From Antedon mediterranea (Eukaryota; Animalia; Echinodermata): DNA of 64,000 nucleotides. The notes beneath the pieces were generated by a model. That model was not told the DNA's origin and did no database searches. It worked only from the letters and a program-made list of their open reading frames with translations. Location: the NCBI RefSeq assembly GCF_964355755.1, contig NC_092673.1, positions 32,671,648 to 32,735,647 on the forward strand. Direction: 5' to 3'. Numbering within the stretch: the first letter of the stretch is position 1; each line of letters begins with the position of its first letter. Both the position numbers and the translations under genes were made by a program. This document shows, piece by piece, positions 40,251 to 53,900 of this stretch.

Positions 40251-43097
40251 TACTGTAATATACACTGTTATACTACTTTATTGGAAAGTAATTATTTTTG
40301 TGTGAATCTTCTTGGAGTTGTCTGAAAGCGTATGCGCTTACTTCTTTTCTTCAGAAAACATCTAATTTAGATCTTAAAGTGACAACTATACACCTCACAC
40401 CACCAACCTCCAACACACTAGTTTCTGCCCACACACACTTCATCTCCTGAACTAACATAGTACAGTATAACTCAAATTAATTGTTCTAATTTTTTTTTTA
40501 TTGCTGCCTCAAAAAATATTATATAATAGTAACAATATCAGAAAGGTAGATAGGTATTGTAATAATTTTTTAATTTAAAAATGTTTAAAAAAATATGAAT
40601 ATATGTTTATACATACATTATAAATGAAATATATTAACTACTATTTTAGTAATGCATACACAAGTACAGAATATCAGAAATCAATTAATCATGTGTCTAA
40701 ATGTGGCATTATTAGGCTAATTTGCTTTGAGAAAAACATTGATGCCATTGGCCTATACAAAAAATCAAGGCAATTAGACAAAATATTTACATAAACAATT
40801 AATACTAATATTGGTAGGCATAAAATAATAGTGTATATAAACTTTCCTTAAATAGTAACAGTATAGGGCCTTACCAATTTACTTAATACATAATATATGA
40901 ACTATATTACACAAAAGAAATATAAATGAATTTATAAGGACATGATGATTATCAAAAATAGTCAATATAATTAAATTTTAAACTCATTACCGGCATTATA
41001 AATAATAATTTAAAAAGATCAGAATGCAAGTAAATATCAGATTCATAGTCCTCATTATACACAATGATTTTCTACTATCACATATTAAAATATAAAACAA
41101 TCATGTAGCCTTTAATGAGTTTACATGGAGGTCTATTCAAATAAATTTAAATAAAAGGGTTCGTGGAAATTGAAGTTAGGATTCCATCATTTCAACAACA
41201 AAAAAATATTCAAAATATCCTGTCAGTTTGCGTTCAAAAACCTGCTTAGTTTTTAATACGAGTACTGCTTTCTATACACATAACTTTGATTTCTGCAAAA
41301 AAAAAAAAACTCTGTAATAATGTACTTTAATTACTGTAATAATCTAGGTATAGATTATGTTGACCGGGCCAGTGAGAGGGCGATCGACTGTACTACCATA
41401 AGTCCTCTAGTGTATACAACTTATTTCTTGTCTACAAAGTGTATAGTAGTATGCTAATAGTACTATTATTAGATTAGGTAGTTGGGAGTAGTTTGGAGAG
41501 ATACATCTATCTATAAAAGAGTACTGTATATATGGAACTATCTGTGTTAGCCGCCTTTGTATTTTTAGATTTAATACCAATAGGTACTATGTATTGGGAA
41601 ACAATTCAACAGTTATGAATAAAAAAAGTCCTATGTACTCTGTATGTTGGAGGAAATAAGCATAAGAGCAAAGAAAGCCTTGACCACAGGGTGTAAGTCA
41701 CTATTTTGAATCAGTAGTATGACTTCTTAAGAAGTAATTTAAAAATTATCATTGTATGATCAAAAAGAAATATTATAATATCTAACTTTCTCCATTATAT
41801 AAATATATTATTTTATCCAAGGGGTTGCAAACACAAGTGTTCACATGTCTTGTTAAGTATTGCACCTTTGTCCTGTCTTTATGTTGTCTGTAATGTCACT
41901 GCACTAACGGGTGACCAGTAAACGAGCTTCGCTCTTACGGTTATCCATCCATATAAGTTGTTCATCTCTTATGTTCAGAAATTGAAATGGTAAATAAACT
42001 GAAACTGAAACTGTGCTTATGTGGTACAGGTTGACGAGCCAGGAATGATGGTAGTGCCAGTATACCGTGTAATTTAGCCTCAAGGCAATACCATGTAGCT
42101 GGAGTAGCTTGGTCAAATACAGTAGAGATTTATGAGACTTGGTGTGTGATGATTCAGTATGATAAATTTGTGTTGTGAAAGACAAAATTGTAGAATTAGG
42201 AAGAAAATATTGTAAAATATAACAAGGAAATTATACTATAGTATAATTAAGGGGTAACCGTATAATACATAATTAATAGTATTAAAGGCAATGGCAATTA
42301 CTTATATTATGTATACATTACAATATTACAAATACATTCATATATTATTTTATTATAAGGAAATCTGTTTTAGAATGAGAAAAAGCCGTCCCAACCCAGA
42401 TTTGAACCCAACTATCAATAAAGCTATAAAACAAAATAGACCATATTGTAGCCGGACTGGGTAGCGTAGACTTACTTGAGGCCTAGGCATAGTACGATTA
42501 GCTAGAAGGATACAGGTTAACCCGTACCCATGCATGCCATGCCAACACGCTCGTACCCAAATTTTGGTTTACATATATCCAAAATTTTAGCTTACTCGTA
42601 CCCATCATGGGCTGCCTAGTAGTAGTAGTAGTAGTAGCCTAGCCTAAGGCAGCAGGCCCGGCCCTAGCCTACTACAACTTAAGTCTAGGCCTAGCCTAGT
42701 ACTAGTAGGCCTCAGGCCTAGCCTAGCTAGGCCCTACCTAGTAGTTAACATCATACATACGCCCTAGAGCCTAGTAGTAGCTACCTACTACTCACTAGCT
42801 AGGCCTAGGTAGTAGCAGTAGTAGTTATTGTAGTAGTATTATTGTATTGTAGTATTAGTTGTAGCTGTCCGGTGATCCTTGGTCACTTGTCTAGATCCCC
42901 TAGTAGGCCTAGGCTAGGCCTAGTACGTAGTTATTCTTCAACAGTCACACAATTCAGATTCTGCCGGCCGCTGATTGCTAGTGAACAGGGGGAGGGATAG
43001 AAAGAGTTAGAAGAACTGAAATAAGCCGTGACGTATAATAAACATCATACAACATAATAATATAACTAACGAATCCGTATAATATAATAATGTTGTA

Positions 43098-43560
43098 TCT
43101 ATATATAAATTTACGTAAGGGCAAAATTCGGTAAATCGCACCTTACTTTTAGAATTTTTACTCGATGGTATATAAAGTTGGTTCGTACTTTCGGTACTGA
43201 TTTTAACCACCTGATGTAACCCTGTTTACTAATTAAATTATGTTAGATAATTAGTTATTGACGATTAAAACGAATTTAGGTTCAACGATTAGCCCCAAAT
43301 AGGGGTGTTTTCCGATCGTGGTATACACTGTCTAATGGATGTCCATCTTGAAAAATACCCGCCACAAAAATGCGAGGAGGCTTCGCATTTTCCTATCTCC
43401 TCCTACGATAATTGTTTTTAATAGCTGAAAACCCGTTGAACAGCTCGAGTACAGTATCATAATGTTGAAGACAGGCCGATTTTCTTAAAAAAATACTATT
43501 TTGATAGATTTAATATACGTTTATACAAATGTATTGATTTGCAATGAATGGAACATTCCA
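43098..43560 (+). mobile_element. Helitron H1 5' part
   Basis: a|TCTATATATAAATTTACGTAAGGGC, near-identical to 5645-6105; truncates the right palindrome arm. Confidence 0.85.
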
Positions 43561-43809
43561 ATCTCTGTGTCGTTCCACAAGTGTCTATTCCCTCAGGCGT
43601 CGTAAAGGAAATTACTCTATACTCATAACAGAAATTGGATCCATTTTTTTTTCAATCTGTGCTGCAGAGGTTGGATATAAATTTTTTAGACGGATAATGG
43701 TTTCAGTCGCCGTATAGTATGTACAAATCTTTATTATTGCAGTTAAACCACCCATATCATCACCCTTCCCTCTCACTGGCATGAGTAGCGTTGTAAAGAC
43801 ATAGTAGTA

Positions 43810-46800
43810 CGGGGCGCCGTATGGGACATTGCTAATTTTGTCGAAATATTACAATTTTGTCTACACATAATTAATTTTGTCAATACAAAATTCATTTTGT
43901 TCAACACAAAATTCATTTTGTGTTGACAAAATTTATTCTGTGTGGACAAAATTAATTTTGTCTTGACAAACTTCATTTTGTCTCGACAAAATTAATTCTG
44001 TGTGGACAAAATTAATTCTGTGTAGACAAAATTAATTCTGTGTGGACAAAATTCATTTTGTGGCGACAAAATGTATTCTGTGTAGACAAAAATTATTCTG
44101 TGTAGACAAAATTCATTCTGTGTAGACAAAATTCATTCTGTGTAGACAAAATTCATTTCAGTCTAATATGGAACTTGAATACTTTGCGTCGAGTATAAGT
44201 ACAGTTTATACTGATGTATAACACGTAGCCCTATATGCCTACCAATTTTGGTAATAAATATTAAAGAGGGTTGAAGATTTATATCGATACCGATAATATT
44301 GATTAAGAAAATGACAACACTATTTACGATAACATCTGATAAGTTGAGTAGTAATGAAATGATTTTAGTTAATACATTTATTTTAATATAATAGTTAGTA
44401 TAGGCCTATTTATTCTCATGGGAATTGCGTCGTCTATAGGCCTACCAAGTTTATTTGATAGGAATACTAAATTGCTAATAGGCCTAACTCAAGGGAACAA
44501 AACTATGAAATATCTCTTAAGACATATATTAATTGTCTCTAATTGGAATAATAGAGATATCTTTATTGAAAAGATATCTTGGTTATAAACAGGGATATAT
44601 CTCTATTGGAACCTAAGATAAACTAACTACATCTATTAAAAACTAAGATATTTTAGTTGCCTAAATAAATGACAGTTTGGTACGCCATAGATTATGATAT
44701 TGCAAATTGTCGTTAAAAAGTTAAATTTAATTTTACTCTCGGTTGCATATTATTATATATTTACACCCTCGAAAGATATAATTCAACTTTGACCAAATAG
44801 TTATAATGGGTGTTCACACAACTGACATATGGCGCCTCTCAAGTATCCATTCCCATGGCAGTGTATATAATCTTTCCACCTTCTCCATGATTGATTTTAT
44901 TTATTATACATTGCTAATTGCAAATAATTGTTTATAGGTTTACATTGTTCTTTGTACTTTTAATGTACGTATTCAGTCTTTGGCTGGCTTGATAAGATTG
45001 ATGTTAAATAAAAATGCATTTCCACTAATAAAATATGGAATTGTATCGAGAGAGTATCGTAATTTCGGGCAGAATGGTTTTCGGTCTGGAAAGGTCATTA
45101 TTACACTGTCTGGGGTGTTGATATTTATACATCGAATGTTTTATGGGCAATCAGTCCTGTAACCTAGCCAACGTAGGCTACCTGGCCTACTTACTACTGT
45201 AGGTTAAAGGTTATTAGGTTTCGCAGGGTGGATGACTGTTATATAAAACTAACGTGAGCAATCTTTTGTAGTCAGTTCTTTAACAACACGTTCACTGCCA
45301 CGGCGTATTTATACGTCAAAAATTGCGTGTCGCTACTTGCCAAGACGTAATACTACGTCAAAATCGTAGCACTTTTGTATTGTATGTAGAATCGCTGGCA
45401 GTGGTGATTGGAACAGGAATTATCGCATGGCAGTTTATGAATGATGTACGTAAACGATAATCTAAAAATAAATGTCATATGTTTGTTTGTGTTTATTCCC
45501 TCATGCATTGAATATGGTTGATACGATGGCGCCCTCACACTCAATATAATCATCTCAAACATGTCATAAATTGCGCTAATAGTAAATAAAAATAATAAAG
45601 GATGAAATGATTCAGTGTGGTTTACTGTTTTTATCTCTCGATGATAGGTTTGACCGATTTTAGCGCGGAAAATCCCCGACGTATATTTACGTTCCTGGCA
45701 AAGTCAATAAAATTGTTGGACCATTGCCAGTGACGTATTTATACGTCTCAACGGTTTTTCCCGCCATCGTATTTTGAATGACATCATGATAGTCTGTGAC
45801 CAGATGTTACACTTTCAAACTGTAATTTAATATGTAAACGGGACTTGGCACTGGGACAGAAATTACGGAAAATGCCTTGGCAGTCAATGTGTTAAATGTT
45901 TTTTTTTCAAATAACGGACAGCTTTCAGCATCATTATTTCTGCAATGACTATTATTATCTTAAAGATTGTCCCCTGAAAAAATGTTTTTTTTAATCTTTT
46001 TGTTGAATATGTTATTTTAATGTCACATAATAGTTATTCACTTTCACAAAAAATTAGGTCTGAAAAAAAATTATTTACCTGAAAAAAATGTAATTTAAAG
46101 CAAAAAATGGTCAAATTGTCTGGAAGCCAATGAGTTTTTGGGTAATTTAACTGTTTATTTTGTCTTTTTATAGGTGAAATCATTTTTCCCCGTTCTTTTT
46201 TCTTATGGAAGTGAACAACTTCATTAAAACTGCATAATGGCCTATTCAAAGTCCGATTTTAAAAATCTTTATTTTTCATGATTTTGGGAGACAATACATC
46301 TTTAATTTTAAAATAAAGTATATACATTTTATAAGAATAATAAATAATATTTTAAACGACAAAATTTTAAATAGCCCCATTACTACAATTTTACAGGGCT
46401 CTATAAAAACCATTTTCCGATTTTTTAATATAGAATACATTATAATAATAATTATTACTGACGACGTAGATATTAAATTGTCAAAGTATGAATACTGATC
46501 ATATCTGATATTTTCAGGGGTCCCTGATATTATAAAATAGATTAATATGATAGCAATAGAGACGGAGGCATGCTCAGCCATAATAACTGAACCAATAACA
46601 AATGTCAAAGATTCGCGCGCTGTCATCATTTATAGCTTCACCCTGTCTTGCCCTTTTCAAGTTTAAACTCCGCCTTCTAATTTAAATGTTAAAACCGAGC
46701 CTACTCAAGCGTGGGACAAAATGTTTTAAAAAACGTTTTGTCCCACGCTTGAGTAGGCTAGGCTAACAAAATTCATTTTGTCGCAACAAAATGAATTTTT

Positions 46801-47230
46801 TCTACACAGAATGAATTTTGTCTACACAGAATAAATTTTGTCTACACAGAATAAATTTTGTCTACACAGAATACATTTTGTCGCCACAAAATGAATTTTG
46901 TCTACACAGAATTTTCGTTACAGAATGAATTTTGTCGCCACAAAATGATTTTTGTTGTTACAGAATGAATTTTGTCTACACAAAATTAATTTTGTCAACA
47001 CAGAATTAATTTTGTCTACACAGAATGACTTTTGTTTACACAGAATTAATTTTGTCGAGACAAAATGAATTTTGTCCACACAGAATACATTTTGTCAACA
47101 CAAAATGAATTTTGTCAATACAAAATGAATTTTGTGTTGGCAAAATGAATTTTGTATTGACAAAATTAATTATGTGTAGACAAAATTGTAATATTTTGAC
47201 AAAATTAGCAATGTCCCAAACGGCGCCCCG
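43810..47230. mobile_element. Foldback-like DNA element with long TIRs built from ~20-bp tandem repeats; non-coding interior
   Basis: TA|CGGGGCGCCGT(A/T)TGGGACATTGCTAATTTTGTC at both ends in inverted orientation; arrays of ACAAAATTCATTCTGTGTAG at ~43880-44160 and inverted at ~46765-47160. Confidence 0.85.
45287..45891. mobile_element. Possible piggyBac-like MITE nested in the foldback element
   Basis: Imperfect TIR CACGTTCACTGCCA / TGGCAGTCAATGTG; TTAA on the right, left flank degenerate; internal repeat gacgtatttatacgtc. Confidence 0.45.
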
Positions 47231-47289
47231 TATTGTAGAGCTTGATATGCCTACGGTGCATCATAAACGCAAAACAACTTTGGTGGGTA

Positions 47290-47968
47290 GGGTAGGAACC
47301 AACTTAAGTATGACTTGGCTCTAAGAAACAATTGAAAACCATTAGGCCTACTAATTCAGTTGAGTTAGATAATTTAATATTTATTGACGATTAAATCGAC
47401 TTTATGATTTTCCCCGAATAGAGGTGGTTTTCACAAATTGTTTTACATTATATAAACATACACGTCGTAGTGATGTATCGTTACATGTACTGCTATTTCA
47501 ATCTACTAGGACAGTGATACTGATAGTTTCAACAAAGTATTACATCGCAATGTTTTACTGTGTTTAGTGGTATATTATTTTTAAAACATGAAAACAATTA
47601 ATATTTTGTTACTAAATGGATAAAGAATATATTTAAAAATTGTTCCTCTTTGCACCCATCCTCTTCCCCATCCCTCAACCCTAATGTTACATTATTATTT
47701 CAAAACACAAATTAAGTTTGTTTAAATTTGACTTAAACAATTGGTCTCATTTTTTGACAAGTTTCTCTTTCGGAAGTAATTCCCAGGGTGCTAATTTTTG
47801 TTGAGTACATAAATCAGTGTCTATGTATTCGTTCCTGTGTAAACGACATGTATTATTGTACGTACATTTGAAATCGTCAGTTTTTTAACACTGAAATTAT
47901 TATGTATTCGATAACCATCTGTGGGCACGACCTAGATGGTACGCGAGCGAAGCGAGCGTACCATCTAG
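47290..47968 (+). mobile_element. Helitron H1-related 3' part
   Basis: Similar to ~5770-5850 and ~6440-6954; identical terminal hairpin ending CCATCTAG|T. Confidence 0.85.
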
Positions 47969-50900
47969 TCATATTAATTAACTGTTTGATAGAAAAACAA
48001 GGCCATATACATGGCTGCAGTCGCGTGCTCAAGTTAGTGTTTACCGAACAACCGACCGAACAACCAACCGACCGACATAGTGAGCTGTAGAGTCGCCTGG
48101 CACGTGACTAAAAAACAATTATCCTGATTTTTATTTGTCTTTCTTTAGCTATCAAAGTTATATATACATAAACAAACAATACAACTAAAATATAAACAGA
48201 TTAAAACTTAATAGCCAGGATTATCCCACAGTGTTTCAAAGAAACGTATTTAATTAAATTCTATATCGTCTATAATTTTTAGCTCAGAATCCATCGAATG
48301 GACATTTCCGAGCTTTATAAGAATTTTTGATTATAGTGTAAACTTTGACCTGAAAAGTTTGTATCAGAAAGCCAAAATTGATAGTATCTATTCAAAACCA
48401 TGTACACATAATGCTTCTGTTTTCCCGTTTATCTCAAGGAAGGTCCTCAAAGTCTTCCTGACCACACTGCTGGAGAAATCTACAACCAGTTCGTGATTTT
48501 ATGACAACCAAATCTATACCATAGCCTACTTAAATGTGTACAAATGGTGTATGTACATCCTTTACACCCGATTCCCACTGCTGTATCTCCACATACTATC
48601 TATCGAAATACAGTATTGGTATATAGGAATATTGGGTAATACAGCATCTCATTTATATCACATGTGGTGCCTGTATTATGTAAGGTTAGGCTTTTCTTTA
48701 TCAGGAGTTCATTAAAGGAATCTATAAGAGATTATTGTACTTTTTATTTTATCCTATATTTATGTTTTATTCATATTTTTACCAACACCTTAAAAATTGC
48801 ATAGAACAAAATTTAACAATATTAATAGCATGGACATTGTAAAGATAAAGCAAAGTTATTGAGGTTCAACCAACAAAGCACCGATGAAGACGTCAGCTTA
48901 GCTGTTACTTGTAATTCTAACGATGTCAGCCAATACATTAGTTAGTATACAAGTGTTTGAAACTGTAAATCTAAATGCAACGCTAGCGTAAAACCCCTCC
49001 TTTTGTATATAAAACAATATATTATTCTGTTTATCAAATATTTCCATGGTTACACGTAAAATAAAACGATCAACATGCAGAAACTGAAAATAAAAGTCGT
49101 CCATTAGTTATTTCACAGATTTAAATGATTTAATTCAAAATCACAATAAAATCTCTATTTTATTGTTATAATATTGCTATGTATTGTTGATATTCAATCA
49201 TGCTATCACCTATATTACTTCTATACAGATAACTTCAAATAGCTACACAATGCTGTATTGTTGTATCAGTATTCTCTCTTCCCTTGTAATAGATGCACAA
49301 TGTTATATTGATGTTTTCATTTCAATTTAGTGGTTGGAAATAAACAAAAGAAAGTATAAAAGACCAGGTCTATCAGCTAAAATATACTCGAAAAAAGCTT
49401 TGATAAAACTTGATAATTTTGAAACTCATTTGAAAAATAGATACAGATTCAAGTTATTGTCATAAACAACGCGATGAAAGTACAAGCTTAGAAAGAACGA
49501 AGCGTATATTCAAGAATAACTTATTACCGATACAAACCCAGTTGAGATTGGTGGTAAAGGATGGAAAGTGTGTTTGAGGAAGCAAAGAGATTTCCGGGAT
49601 CACTTCATTTGTACCTCTTCATTCCCAACACATTTCAAATGTAATTGCAATATTATATACTTATGAATCATAATAACATTTTATAGCTTGAGATTGGCAA
49701 AACAGTTGTTTTTTCAGAGAGTCTGGATTTCGAAGAGTTGACTGTGATTACACGGCTTATTTTTTCGTTAGTAACCGACGCTGTGTTTGTGTCTTTTAGT
49801 AAATAGTTACAGACGAAAGTAAAATCAGAGATAATTTATCTGACCTGGGAACATTTTTATAGTTATGCAAATAGGTGGTTTACTGCTTTTTAACCAATCA
49901 TCTTTTTTGTAATTATCATTATTCATTACTTTCATGAATATTACGTGATAAGTATAGACACCTTTAGTAGGCCTACTTCCCAGCATGTATTGTTCCAATA
50001 AAATTGTATTAGCCTCTATTTAAGTTTACAAGATTACGTTTCATTGTATCATATTGATCTCCTGTTTGATACAAAAAAAAATTAAACTGACTTTTATATT
50101 GATTTGATAAAATTTTAGCTATCAGAGTTCCACATACATAAACAAACGATACAAATTAATATATAAAAAGAGTTGAAATATAGTAAAAGTTAAAACTCTA
50201 AAGGCAATGACAAGCCTACAACAGTGTTGCAAAGAGACTTATTTAATTAAATTCTATATCGTCTATAATTTTTAGCTCAGAATCCAATGTGAATTTCCGA
50301 GCTTTATGGGAATATTTCATTATAGTGTAAACTTTGACCTAAAAAGGTTGTATCAGAAATTGATAATGTAATAACTATTCCAAACCGATGGGCATATCCG
50401 CTGTGCCCTTAATCCCAAGGAAGGCCCTTACAGTCTTCTTGAATTCACAGCTGGAGGAAAGTAGGCCTAGCTGAGTTTGAGATTTCATGACAACCAAATC
50501 TATACCTACTTAAATGTGTACAAATGATTGTATGTACATTCTTTAATCAGGGATCAGATGCGATCTCTCATTTATATTGTTCTTTATCAGGAATTTAATC
50601 TATAATTAGATAGAGATTGATGTACTTTTTATTCTATCATACATATCTGTTTTATTCAGATTTGCACCTTAAAATTGCACTCTATAGGAAAAACCCTAAC
50701 AATATTGATAACATGTAGATTGTAAAGATAAAGCGAGGTTATTGAGGTTCAACCAATAAAACATTGATGAAGACGCTATGTAATCCTAACAATGTCAACT
50801 TAGTTAAAGTGTTTGGAACTGTAAATCTAAATGAACCGATAGGGTAAGAACCATCCCTTTGTATAACACAATAATATTATTCTGTTTATCAAATATTTCC

Positions 50901-53900
50901 ATGGTTACACGTAAATAAAAATGATCAACATGCAGAAACTGAGAATAAAAGTCGTCCATTAGTTATTCCACAGGTTTAAATGATTCAATTCAAAATCACA
51001 ATAACATCTCTATTTTATTGTTATAATATTGCTATGTATTGTTGATATTCAATCATGCTATCACCTATATTACTTCTACACAGATAACTTCAAATAGCTA
51101 CACAATGCTGTTGTATCAGTATTCTCTCTTCCCTGGTAATAGATGCACAATGTTATATTGATGTTTTCATTTCAATTTAGTACACGTATAAAAGGCCAGT
51201 TCTATCAGCTAAAATATATTCGAAAAAGCATTTAGTAATTTTGAAACTCAATTAAAAAATAGATTAAGATTCAATTTATTGTCATAAACAACGCCATTAA
51301 AGTACAACCTTAGCAATTAAAATAACGAAGCATATATTCAAGAAGAACTTGTTACCGATACCAATCCAGTTGAGATTGGTGGTAAAGGATGGAAAGTGTG
51401 ATGGATGAAGCAAAGAGATTTCGGATCACATAATGTTTATTCTTCATTCCCAAAGCATTTTAAATGTAATTGCAATATTATAGACTTATGAATCATAATA
51501 ATATTTGTTTAGCTCGAGGTTAGCCATAAAGTTGTGTTTAGAGAGTCTAGATTCCGAAGAGTTGACTGTGATTACAAGGCTTAATCACGAGACTATTTTT
51601 TTCGTTAGTAACCGACGCGTTTGTTTGTGTCTTTTAGTAAATAGTTACAGAATACGAAAGTAAAATCAGAGATAATTTAGCTGACCTGGGAACATTTTTA
51701 TAGTTATGAAAATAACTGATTTACTGATTTTTAATCAATCACTGAATTTCAATTTAAAAACACACTTTCTTGCTCTTATCATTATATTCATTACTTTCAT
51801 GAATATTACGTGATCAGTATAAACATCATAAGTAGGCCTACTTCCCAGCATGCATTGTCCCAATAAGATTTATCCGCCTCTATAAATTTACAAGATGACG
51901 TTTCATTGTATCATATTAATTAACTGTTTGATAGAAAAACAAGGCCATATACATGGCTGCAGTCGCATGTTGAAGTTAGTGTTTACCGACCAACCGACCG
52001 ACCAACCAACCGACTGACGTAGTGAGCTGTAGAGTCCCGTTGTACGCCACTAAAAAAAATGTCCTGATTTTTATTTGTCTTTCTTTAGCTATCAGAGTTA
52101 TATATACATAAACAAATAATACAACTAAAATATAAACAGATTAAAAATCTAATAGCCAGGATTATCCCACAGTGTTTCAAAGAAACGTATTTAATTAAAT
52201 TCTATATCGCCTATAATTTTTAGCTCAGAATCGAATGAACATTTCCAAGCTTTATAAGAATTGTTAATTATAATGTAAACTTTGACCTAAAAAGTTTGTA
52301 TCTGAAAGCCAAAATTAATTGATAGTATCTATTCATAACCGTATAACTACCATGTACATATAAGGCTTCTGTTTTCCCGTTTATCTCAAGGAAGGTCCTC
52401 AAAGTCTTCTTGACCACACTGCTGGAGAAATCTACAACCAGTTCGTGATCTCATGACAACCAAATCTATACCATAGCCTACTTAAAATGTGTACACATGA
52501 TGTTTGTACATCCTTTACATCCGATTCCCACTGTTGTATCTCCACATACTATCTATTTCCGAAGTATTGGTATATAAGAATATTGGGTAATACAGCATCT
52601 CATTTATATCACATGCAGGGGTGGCGCCAGGATCTTCCCGACGCGGGGGCTACATTCCCCGACGAGGGGGCTATGCGAGCGAAGCGAGCATCACAAGGCT
52701 GGGGGGCCAGGGGGCCGCCAAGAGCCCCCGGTGGGGGTCCAGGGGAAGAAGCCCCCGGAAGCAACGCGTTCTAGCGTCATTTGAGGTCATTTTAATCAGA
52801 TTTAGGGTAGCCATTTTTTTCCATTTTTTATAATGTATAAATAAAATACTGCGTGCAAAAAAACGGTGCGCGATGACTGTTTCAATCCATATTTTTCAAT
52901 TTAAAAAATTAAAGTTCAAAGAAAATTTAGAAAAATAGAGTTGGAGGTCCTGGAAATTGGACTTAATTATACTTCAAAACATGAAACAAAATATATAAGT
53001 CCCTATCATGGTTGTGACTGAGCTAAGAAATGTTTGAAAAATAGAGATGTTAGGTCCCGGAAAATGCACTTCTTGTACTTTGAAATATGACCAGCTTTAT
53101 TGTTGGGGCTGAGCTAAGAAAATGTTTAAAACTAGAGCTGCATTTTATACTTTGGAAACATCAGGCCCAGAGGCTTAAAAAACGCAAGCGTAGACCTTTT
53201 AAGTCGGGGAAATAAGTTTATTCCTCCCAAGTGTATGCCTGCGTACCATCTGGACTTCCGAGTGGTGAGAAATTCATGACATACAGGACATTGAAAATTT
53301 AATAACTTAGCTATAATAAGATGTTGGCTAAGCGAAAATGGCATGTTTTTTTGTTTAGTAATGGATGAAATATTTATTTTAGGTGCCCCACGGTACAGAA
53401 GGTTACTTGTAAATTAAAAAATTGGTGAACATACGAACAATTAACATAGTTCGTTTTTGCTGTAGTGTAGCGTACGTCGACACAGTACACGACGTAACCG
53501 TCGGTAAACTTCGCCTGGAAAATAACTACAGTACACATTTTGGTCCCTGGATGGAACATGATATCACGACCCAACGTTGAACGATTCGTACAAAGGGATA
53601 CCGCCAGACAAGTGCGTACCTATAGCTATTGTTTAGCAGTAAGTTAGATCGCTGGCGATAATGAATGCATATAAAGTGCATAATATCACTCTGACGTACT
53701 CTCACGGTCAATGAAACGTCGAGGTTTTCTAGGCGCTGAAGCTACGAAGTGAACGCGAACGAATTATATTCCCCGACAAAAAGTACCCTAACCGTCGGTA
53801 AACTTCGCCTGGAAAAAAACTACAATACACATTTTGGTCCCTGGATGGAACTTGATATCACTCGTCTCGACCCAACGTTGAACGATTCGTACAAAGGGAT

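Larger units (their letters stand above)
36403..43097. repeat. Large inverted repeat: arms 36403-39719 and 39903-43097, ~180-bp spacer
   Basis: Mirror-image ORFs 37414-37695(+) / 41904-42185(-) and 36989-37243(+) / 42353-42535(-). Arms match end to end apart from scattered substitutions and small indels. Confidence 0.97.

Noticed and set aside
36989-42535. Duplicated ORFs in the palindrome arms as conserved genes
   Set aside because: Their identity follows from the recent inverted duplication; several use non-ATG starts and none shows a domain signature.
43773-47324. ORFs 43773-43976 and 47112-47324
   Set aside because: Translations of the 20-bp tandem repeats in the foldback TIRs.
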